NCBI RefSeq assembly: GCF_006345805.1 | Contig: NC_043008.1 | Coordinates: 29,574,001-29,638,000, forward strand | From: Octopus sinensis | Taxonomy: Eukaryota | Length of the DNA: 64,000 nt | Reading direction: 5' to 3' | Shown here: positions 55,019-64,000 of the stretch, piece by piece | Numbering within the stretch: position 1 is the first letter of the stretch | Layout of the letters: each line of letters begins with the position of its first letter | Notes under the pieces: generated by a model | What the model was told of the DNA's origin: nothing | Databases searched by the model: none | Seen by the model: the letters and a program-made list of their open reading frames with translations, nothing else | Position numbers and translations under genes: made by a program

Positions 55019-55696
55019 TTTGGTATATATATAAGTATGTACGTAACGTGTGAATATATGTGTACAGTGGTGTATATGTGTTTGTGTGTCAGCTTGCGTG
55101 TGCATTAGTGTCTGTCGGTTTGTAATTCCTCAGTATTCAATGTAACATAGGTTTTCGAAATCCATCTGTTAGGTTTCGTGTACACCTCTATGTTGTGAAT
55201 CTCCTCTTGTGTATCGCAGCAACGGACATCATCATAGAAATATTGAACATGATTTATTAACAATCGTTGACGATACAATTACGTATAACCGTATGGAACT
55301 GATTATTCAGTAGCTATATTGCTGAACATCGGCATTCTCAAGTAAGAAATCACTTGTTATCTCGCTTGTACCTGATACATATTTTCCTATAATGGTATAG
55401 ACTGCACGGAGACATTTCTATCAACTGGACGACTCCAAGGGAGATCCAGTGACTTTTTTTAAGCTACACATCATATACGTCGAGTAATTTGTTTTCCAGT
55501 GAGAATTCCTAAAGATAATTTACACACAATGACTTTAGAATTACACATAAATTTCTAGATACAGGATTATTGACGCCAGATATCAAATGCCCTTATCCGA
55601 CATTGCAAATTGTATATCGGTGTGAGAAAATATTTCCTGTGTATAAAGAAATACGTAATATAAACATCATATGGACGGACTGAAACATTTATATAT

Positions 55697-55731
<35 letters not shown>

Positions 55732-57049
55732 CTTTTGTAATTATTAATAAGAAAATGGACTCGCGTGTTTAGACTCGTGAGTTAAAACAACAGTATAACA
55801 GTGGTCTTTGTAATTATTTTATTGTGTCTAATCACAATATGCCAAAGTTTAATCTGTTGGTCTCCAATAAAATGGTATATACTATAGGGCGTAACGGGAT
55901 GGTATTTCAAACCGGTTTTTCATTCTTAAAGGAGTAATATCATAAATGACCATCATCTATTCTTAGCATTAAAACTTATCCAAATAAATAACACATTTAC
56001 CTTTTGAAATATCTTCAAATGAAGATTAAATCGTTTTTACTTTTGAAGAGTTGATATTGGTATTTAACTTGAAATATTCAGCTTTTCACCAATAATTCAT
56101 CTCAAGTAAAATAATGGTTCATAAACTTGCCGTTTGTTATTATATGATACATAACTCAAGAAAACAGGCGGGATTCACTATTTGATATCTTATTCCTTTG
56201 ACAATATTTTTCTGGAAAAATAATTTCAATACATATCAACGCGCACATGCACAAACATGCACACACAACCAAATAAAACTGTTTGTTTGATAATAATTTT
56301 GAAGCTGAAATTACGCTTAATCCGTATGGGAGCGCATGAAATGCAGTATCTAGGGATCCCAACGTTTTATATATCACTATTATATATAATGTGTGTGACA
56401 ATGCATCCAGAAAAATATATCTCGATAATGGAGTAATGTTCAATCAATCAAATATAGCATATCACAGAAATAATAATTATACTTATTCCAAGTATATATG
56501 TGTATGTATATATGTATATATATATATTTTCCGAATCTGTGTACATGTCTATAGAATAATACATCAGTTGAATAAAGTTATAATATGGTCTGGTTTACAA
56601 GTTTTTTAACGAACGTATGATGTGTGTTAAGTATTATATAAAAAATATCTTGTAAGGTACCTAAAGATCAATTAGCGCTTTCATACGTTCGTGGTAATCA
56701 TCAAATTTCAAAACGTATTTAACTGACAGTTGCGTTTATGACAACTATAGTAAAATGACTGACTTCTTCCTTTTTGTACATCTGAGAAAGTTTCAAGAAG
56801 CTGAATTTTTTAAATACAGTTTTGACCAATCCGCATGCAGCTTATACGTCATTCCTGATGCACCGATAATACTGGCATAGATCCCGCCTTTATTATCTTA
56901 CGGTTTACTTGTAATGGATTTATGAGTGAGCAAACTTAGTTGGTTACGATCGTTTTTATTTCAGTTGGTGGGAGTTTTCAGTAATTTGTTTATATTCATA
57001 TGTTAAAGCTATTTTTCAATCCACATCATTAATTGGCTGTTATATAATT

Positions 57050-57915
57050 GTTGTTATTTCCGTTCAGAACAGGGTTGAACATATTAATAAAAGGTTTTTC
57101 TTTTATCTTTCTTACAAACTTACTTCTGTTACGTAGATTGTGGAAAGCAAACACTAGAAACAATTTTTGACCACATGCTTCTATGTTCGCTCAATGGGAT
57201 TTCGCGAACATTAGTGTTCCGAATTTGTTGTCTGTGGACTTGCGAGCGTTCCGGTAATGCATTCCCCGTCTTGCCAGTGTATAGTTCCTCGCAATTAGGT
57301 CACTAAATGCAGTAGGCCAAATTTCTGCTTTTGCAGTTCATATCTGCATTTCCAAAAATCTGTCCATTTTTTTGTTCTAATGGATCTACTAATATGCATG
57401 TAGTGACACGTTATAAACCCGTTATCATTACGCTTTATACTGTGAATGGTTTATTCTGTTTTTTCATGTTGCATTTGGCCTTAGTTGCTAGTTTCTTTAG
57501 GTTATGCGGTTGCCTTTTGTTTAAGATAAGTGTTTAATGAGTCATTAAGCCTTTTTAAAGTGTTTTCACTTTGTTTCATTATTGGCAAATTTGTTTTAAT
57601 TATGTTAAAATGTTTTGGTGATGTATATTTGTGTTACTAGAAATGTCATTGCGTTCCGTGGATGGGTTCGTATTTCTCGTGTTGCCCTAAGTTGTTCTAT
57701 AGGTAACTATTTTAATCGTAATATGTTATTCTCTAGAAACAGGTGAGAGTACTTTTGCTTGAATAGGAACACGTTGAGTTCTATAAGTTGTATGTTCTTG
57801 GTATTTGGATCTTCTACTATAGAACTGATTTTCCTGGCTAGTCAGTACGGGATGTCTTGGGTGACATGATTTGAAATTTAGGCATATCTGTGCATCTGTG
57901 CCTTTGTAATAAATA
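57050..57915 (-). mobile_element. Penelope-like element (Neptune-like) thumb plus GIY-YIG endonuclease remnant
   Basis: LNFKSCHP, IVEDPN..L.EL.VFL.KQKY, KRQPHNLKK, NCKSRNLAYCI**PNCEELYTGKTGNALPER..VHRQQIR, KENLFINMFNPVLN. Confidence 0.85.
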
Positions 57916-57968
57916 TAAGTTGTGATAGTGGCGTTGTCTTTAATTATCACGTGCGTGTATGTGTGTGC

Positions 57969-58000
<32 letters not shown>

Positions 58001-58329
58001 GCACTTATATATATATATAAACATATATATATATATGTATATATATATATTTATATACATACATACATACATACATACATACATACATACATACATACAT
58101 AGATATACATTTCAGTGATGAGTTCGTAAGTTTATATAGTAAGCTGCATGTGTATATAATTGGTTGGCTATAGTCTGCATTTAACATATTGATATCATTG
58201 TGATGAAAGGGCATATCATATACTTACTTCATTGTGTTTAAATGATTCTCTAGAAAGATAGAAAATGCACATACGACATAATGTGTGCGTATGTTCATTC
58301 CATATATGTATGTGTATATACTCTTTTAC

Positions 58330-58677
58330 TATTTTACTTGTTTCAGTCACTCGACTGCGGCCATGCTTGAGCACCACCTTTAGTACTTATTCTATTAGTC
58401 TCTTTTGCCGAGCCGCTAAGTTCCGGGGACGTAACACACCAACATTAAACGATGTTGGGGGGACGACAAACACAGACACACACACATACACACACACACA
58501 CACGTACATATATACGACGGGCTTCTTTCAGTTTCCGTCTACCAAATCCACTCACAAGTCTTTGGTCGGCCCGAGGTTATAGTAGAAGACACTTGCCCAA
58601 GGTGCCACGCACTGAGACTTAAACCAGTATCATGTGGTTGGTAAGCAAGCTACTTAACACACATCTACTCCTGCGCC
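58330..58677 (-). mobile_element. SINE family A
   Basis: Head, CORE-like block gacacttgcccaaggtgccacgc and tail all present. Confidence 0.9.
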
Positions 58678-58779
58678 TACACAGCCTCTATATATACATA
58701 CACATATGTTATGGACATACGCACACATCATGTCGTATTTTGGTTTTCTATCTTGATATAGAGGCCTTTAAACTTTCAG

Positions 58780-58842
58780 CAATGATATGCCTTCATCACA
58801 ATGATATGCCTTCAACAGGATATGCCTTCATCACAACGATAC
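58780..58842. repeat. About 19-bp minisatellite (caatgatatgccttcatca), about 3 units
   Basis: Directly visible tandem units. Confidence 0.85.
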
Positions 58843-58861
58843 CAACATGTTAGATGTAGAC

Positions 58862-58897
<36 letters not shown>

Positions 58898-58899
58898 AT

Positions 58900-59098
58900 A
58901 GGAAAGTTTACGAAAATAAACAAAAGACGAAGACAGGTGGAGTACAAAAAAACAAATGTATTAGTATAGCGCTCAGGAATAGAAAAAGTCTTTACTTTTC
59001 GAGCCTACGCTCTTCAACAGAAAAATACACAGAAAAAACAAGGAGAGAAACAAGGAGAGAAAAGAATGAGTGTAGGAGCTAACGATCTATCATGGCGA
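58900..59098 (-). mobile_element. pLTR-type repeat with CUGUUGA HH-like motif
   Basis: Minus strand tttt-CTGTTGA-A-GAGC-gtag-GCTC-GAAA-AGTA-AAGAC; homologous to 60636-60848. Confidence 0.75.
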
Positions 59099-59984
59099 TA
59101 CACTACATACATATGTACTACATGAAAGTAGCAACAATAGCAAGGTATCAAGAAGGCAATTTAAGAGATGGAAGAAAAACTTATAAAAATCGCTAGGTAC
59201 TTTAATTTCTTATTGTGCAAGCGATCTAGAGGATAAAATAATTGTTTGTATAAACTCAGCGTTCCCGAAATGAGCAATTTGTCTATAGTGCACCTATTCT
59301 AATATCCTCACTGCAAACTTCACCATAATGTGATATTTAAAAACGTATTCTTAATCAAAGTTTATGTTATCCATAAATTTGACTTAAGTACATTGTGTCA
59401 TTGGATCTGATATTGTAACAATTATTTTAGAAATATGCAAATAAATAAATTTGTGATATTTTTGTACAGGTATGCAAACGCATTTTGAAAAGGAAAAACT
59501 AGGCGTTATATTGCTTTATTTTTGCTAACTCAAAGCATTCATCTACTGTAATCCTTTAAGAATAATGGCATTTTAATCAAGATGTATAACCGCTGTTCAT
59601 ATTATTACGTTTTGTAACACGCTATATTACAAAAAATCCTGAACATAATTTTCATTCATACCATTTTAATACATAACCCTCATCCCATTTTCCTTGAAAG
59701 CAACTTGGATGCATTTCAAACGATGTTGTGTGTTATAAATTATTCAAACGTGTGTGATATTAAAATAATGAATGCTTCAAGGGTAATCACATTGTTATTT
59801 AATTATTGTTGTTATGTTTATTTAATGATTCTTTGTTGTGTGTTTGCCTCAATATCTGACCAACAATATAATTTACATTATTTAGCTTTGTTCCACGATA
59901 ATTAGATTTCAAATTTTAAAGTGACGACATTGAGTTTTGAAATTTCACGAAGAAGTTCAACGAATACAGTATTATTGAAATAGA

Positions 59985-60235
59985 AACTTTGCATTCCCGA
60001 TCGGGAGGTTATAGTTTCAAATCCTAGACCAGGTGAGATGTTGTATTCTTCAGCAAACCACTTCCTCTCACGCAGCTCTGCAATCATTTCAACACCTGAC
60101 AATTGGTACACCTTGCACCTGTTCTCGCAACGTCAATTTGATGTAGTGAGTGAGCAAATGTACGGCATCTACATTTGATCACTGGAAACAAGTCATTTGT
60201 GTGGGTCACTCAGGGAAAAAGAACACACACGCGTC
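59985..60235 (+). mobile_element. SINE-like repeat family D, diverged
   Basis: tRNA-like gatcgggagg...tttcaaatcctagaccagg followed by a CORE-like ttcttcagcaaaccactt block. Confidence 0.55.
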
Positions 60236-60489
60236 GTCTTCGACGGGAAAGACCATTCTATACATACATATAAGTACATAACAAAAGGAGTAATTTAAAA
60301 CATTTCGTTTTATGTATAAAAGCTTACACGTATTATATTTGAAAACAGGAACTAGGAAACTAAATTGTAATATGTATTTTGGACTAACATACATCAGCAA
60401 CGGAGACACCATATTGAATTGTAGTAATCGTGTTAGCAGATGTGCAGATGTGTTTCTAGAAGAATCAGTTGTTTTACCTTAACTACTTA

Positions 60490-60546
<57 letters not shown>

Positions 60547-60635
60547 GTGTGTGTGTGTGTGTGTGTATGTATACATATATATATATACATATATGTATAC
60601 ATATATATTTATATATACATATATGTATATATATA

Positions 60636-60848
60636 ACGGGAAGCTTTATGAAAATAAACAAAAGACGAAGGTAGGTGGAAAACAAACGAACAATTGTATT
60701 AGTATGGCGCTCAGGAAATATAAATAAAACAAGTCTTTAACGTTTCGAGCCTACGCTCTTCAACAGAAAGATACACAGAGAGAGAAAAACACAGAAAGAA
60801 GGAGAGAAAAAAAATGCGTGCAGTAGCTAACGAATCAACATGGCGATG
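60636..60848 (-). mobile_element. pLTR-type repeat with CUGUUGA HH-like motif
   Basis: Minus strand CTTT-CTGTTGA-A-GAGC-gtag-GCTC-GAAA-CGTT-AAAG (60733-60770). Confidence 0.8.
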
Positions 60849-60868
60849 TATATATATATATATATATA

Positions 60869-61138
60869 TATCACGTGATCACGTGACCGACCAGTCCATC
60901 AGATTTAGTTACACATCGCTGGTCACAATGCGTTCGCATTGTTGTCGCCTTCGAATGACGCCACCCCGCTGGCTAAGCGAGCAGGCCAACAGAAGAAAGA
61001 GTGGGAGAAAGAGTGGTGAAAAATTACAGCAGGGATCACCACCCCCTGCCGGAGCCTCGTGGAGCTTTTAGGTGTTTTCGCTCAATAAACACTCACAAAC
61101 CGCGATCCTACGACCGCGAGTCCGCTGCCCTAACCACT
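60869..61138 (-). mobile_element. tRNA-derived SINE family E
   Basis: Minus strand agtggttagggcagcggactcgcggtcgtaggatcgcggttt head, tail ending cacgtgatcacgtgata. Confidence 0.8.
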
Positions 61139-61257
61139 ATTATTCCTCTGTTATCTTCCTGTTTAAAGTGGTTTAATTAAGACTTTAGTTCTTATTTCCA
61201 GTACGTTGATGCTTTTCAGCAGCCTATGCTTCGTGCTGATTTGCAATTTATAGCTAA

Positions 61258-61625
61258 ACTAGCAGTATCGCCCGGCGTGGCTCAGGTTTGTAAGGGAAAT
61301 AACTATAAAGCATTTTTAGAGAGTTATAGCCAAAAAATGGAAAAAAATGATGGTAAATTTTTTTTGAGAGTAAAAAAAGGTGGAGTTGCGTCCCCTAGAC
61401 GGTTTGTGTTTCTGATTCTCGACCCCATGTCGAATTTATCGATTTTTTTCAGAACTGGGGGAACTTTTCAAAATTTTCGCTGCGTTAGTTTTGAATTATG
61501 ACATTGGGCTATGTGTGTGTCAAGTTTCATCAGAATCGGTTGAAAGCCGTGGTCAGGGTGAGAGTACAAGCAAACAGACACACAGAAACACGCACAGACA
61601 AACTGCCGTTTATATAGAGAGAGAT
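61258..61625 (+). mobile_element. Non-autonomous Helitron/Helentron (DINE-like) element
   Basis: Starts ACTAGCAGTATCGCCCGGCG with subterminal hairpin; contains caagtttcatcagaatcggttgaaagccg and an (acag)/(acac) tract; ends tatatagagagat. Confidence 0.65.
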
Positions 61626-61744
61626 AATGTTTGTTGCCTGTTAACCACCTATGTCACTGCTATTGATACCATCAATTTTAAATTTTATCCACAGATGATA
61701 TTAACGATAGTAACATCTTATTTCAAATCTTAGTGTTTGAATGT

Positions 61745-61850
<106 letters not shown>

Positions 61851-63289
61851 GTTCTTAGTTTTAATTTTTCATATTTACTTGTAGCAGAGATCGAATTTTG
61901 ATGCGGCTAGCAAAATAAAGACCTTATATACTCGCAGTTTTACTGTTCTGATCTCTTTCCTTTTGTAGTCGATATAAACTGTGATTTTTGTTTGTTAAAA
62001 ATATCTCAGCACCATTCATATATGCGCGCGCGTGTGTGCCTGTGTGTCTCTAGTGTCTGCATTTGTAGCATCAATATATAATTATTATCATAACACTCTA
62101 TGCGTTTGATAGTAAAATTTCAGAGAATGAAATAACCTCTGCTGTGAATGCAACACATTATATAACGTTTGTACAGACATTAATATACTTAAGAGATATA
62201 TCCTTTAATAAAAATAAAATTTTACTCAAGCATTTATTATAATTAACTAATTAAGCGCAAGTATTTTTAGCTTATGTTCAATTTTCACTGTGCTTGTATA
62301 AACTGGAATTTAATTTTACCATTAAACCTTTTAAAATGTCTCAAATTTTAATTTCAAGGTATAAATTTTAAAACTATCGTTTTTATTTTCAATATTGCCA
62401 TTTAAATTCTGACTTTATTTTACTGCTATTTATGAGGCCAAAAATAATGCCTCAACGATCTTTTAAACCTTATCTTTGGCAAACAGTGCAACAAGCATTA
62501 TTTGTCTTTTTAACTTGTTCACCTGAAATGACGTAGAGAAGGAGTAAGATAAAACATGATATGCTCTTTTGATAAACCAGGTTTGTCTGCAAACATTTGA
62601 ATTATTATATTACCCCAGAGGAAAACTTTTTCATTGATTATTTGAAATGGCTTTCAATAGAGACTAAATACATAACCTAGTTAAGATTTATGTAATAGAT
62701 ATATTACAAATATCTATCTTGCTTATTCAGCATTTTCGCCAATAATACATACATCTCTGCAAATGATATCACAAAGTTGAGAATATTCCTACTGATATTC
62801 AATTCCTTTCATATTCTATCACTTTAAAAATAGTATGACTCTGTCAGCAATATATAACACTTTAATAAAAGATTCTTCACACTCACACACGCGCATATGT
62901 ACACTAACACATATACGTGTATGTCAGTGCTTGTGTTTATGCGTGTGCGGTGCGTGTGTGTGTGTACGTGTTTGAGTGCCTGCATGTGTGTGTATGAATA
63001 TATATGTTTGTATACATATATATATCTGTATATATATGTATATATATCTATAGGCATATATATATATATTATATATATATATATGTATTTATATGTATGA
63101 TTATAGATATATAGATAAAGATGCAGACAGACAGACAGACAGACAGATAGATAGATAGATAGATAGATAGATTAATAAATCATTGGACTGTAACATAGTT
63201 ACAAGTGAAGTTTATCGATTATGTATCAGACAAGAAAGCAATCATTAACGAGTGGTTTGTGCGTCTATACATTTTAATGTTGTTATTAT

Positions 63290-63485
63290 TTCTACTACTA
63301 CTACTACTACTACCACTGCTGCTGCTGCTGCTGTTGCTGCAGCTACTACTACCACCACCACCACCACTACTACTGCTGCTTCCTCAACAACTACTACTAC
63401 CATTGTTCCTGCTGATACCACTCCTACAGCAACAACAACAAAACCAACAGCTGCTTTTACTACTATCATTATCATTGTTATTAAT
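63290..63485. repeat. Mixed (CTA)/(CTG)/(CCA)/(CAA) trinucleotide low-complexity tract
   Basis: Directly visible; source of the poly-L/T/V ORFs. Confidence 0.9.
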
Positions 63486-63784
63486 TTTACTATTATGATG
63501 CAAATAATTTGTGACTGAATCACTACGGCAGTGATTAAGTATAATATGCAAAGAAAACTTTCTTAATTTCTTTTTCAACAAATTCTTTTTAAATATTAAT
63601 GCAGGATCTCCTGAAATTTTTTCTTTTAAAATTCCATTGTGTAAACCTGTTTACAAAACAATTTATCATTACCCCACACTCACGTGTGTATGTATATGAA
63701 CGTACATATGTATGTATGTATGTATGTGTGTGTGTATATATATGTATATACTTATTTATTATTATTGTTGTTGTTGTTGTTTTC

Positions 63785-63945
63785 AGTCGTATTTGTTTGA
63801 TTGTCTATGGACAAGATATCTCAAGAACCGCTGGATGGATTCATTCGGATAGAACTTTCAGGGATGTTTAGCCACGTTGCTGGCACGAACGGATTATATT
63901 TTGGGATCGATCCGGTACCGGAGAGGGATTCTGGATTATTTGTTA
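63785..63945. mobile_element. DINE-like non-autonomous element fragment
   Basis: gatatctcaagaaccgctggatggatt...aactttcaggg...ttttgggatcgatccggtaccgg, typical of DINE/HINE cores. Confidence 0.55.
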
Positions 63946-64000
63946 TATTTACTTTACTTTACCTGATTACAATCTTACGTTAACTTTCAAGTATTTCTCA

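Noticed and set aside
57300-57305. In-frame TGA at a Cys position of the PLE endonuclease (possible selenocysteine, as reported for some Naiad PLEs)
   Set aside because: It is adjacent to a TAG nonsense codon in a heavily decayed copy and no SECIS was seen; a single TGC/TGT-to-TGA mutation explains it.
58780-58842. Short direct repeats superficially like a CRISPR array
   Set aside because: Eukaryotic DNA; units are adjacent with no unique spacers, so it is a minisatellite.
61100-61138. tRNA-like heads here and at 850-923, 35885 and 38733
   Set aside because: They are SINE 5' regions with deletions or decayed boxes, and no full cloverleaf; not tRNA genes.

Overview
Eukaryotic, very AT-rich, microsatellite-saturated DNA. 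The tRNA-derived SINE families and the repeat landscape best fit a coleoid cephalopod (Octopus-like); this is inferred from recognised repeats, not from a search. I could not identify any host protein-coding gene; most listed ORFs are microsatellite artefacts. The window looks like intergenic DNA or a very long intron, possibly of a + strand gene. It is dominated by retroelements: four Penelope-like element (PLE) coding remnants, one with a 505-codon open RT reading frame and a frameshifted GIY-YIG endonuclease; about ten PLE pseudo-LTR segments with hammerhead-ribozyme (HH) or HH-like motifs; three R4/Dong-like LINE fragments beside trinucleotide microsatellites; a CR1-like LINE; mariner fragments and a mariner MITE; Helitron/DINE-like non-autonomous elements; and many SINEs. 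Most interesting: (1) a ~335-bp near-perfect palindrome (35493-35827) made of two HH units, one intact and one lacking exactly the catalytic CUGAUGA box, related to the HH behind the near-intact PLE at 19.6 kb; (2) a recurring CUGUUGA HH variant; (3) a textbook AG|GTAAGT recursive-splice-site candidate at 16638/16639, with two weaker AG|GT sites spaced about 21 kb apart. Element boundaries were read by eye and are approximate.
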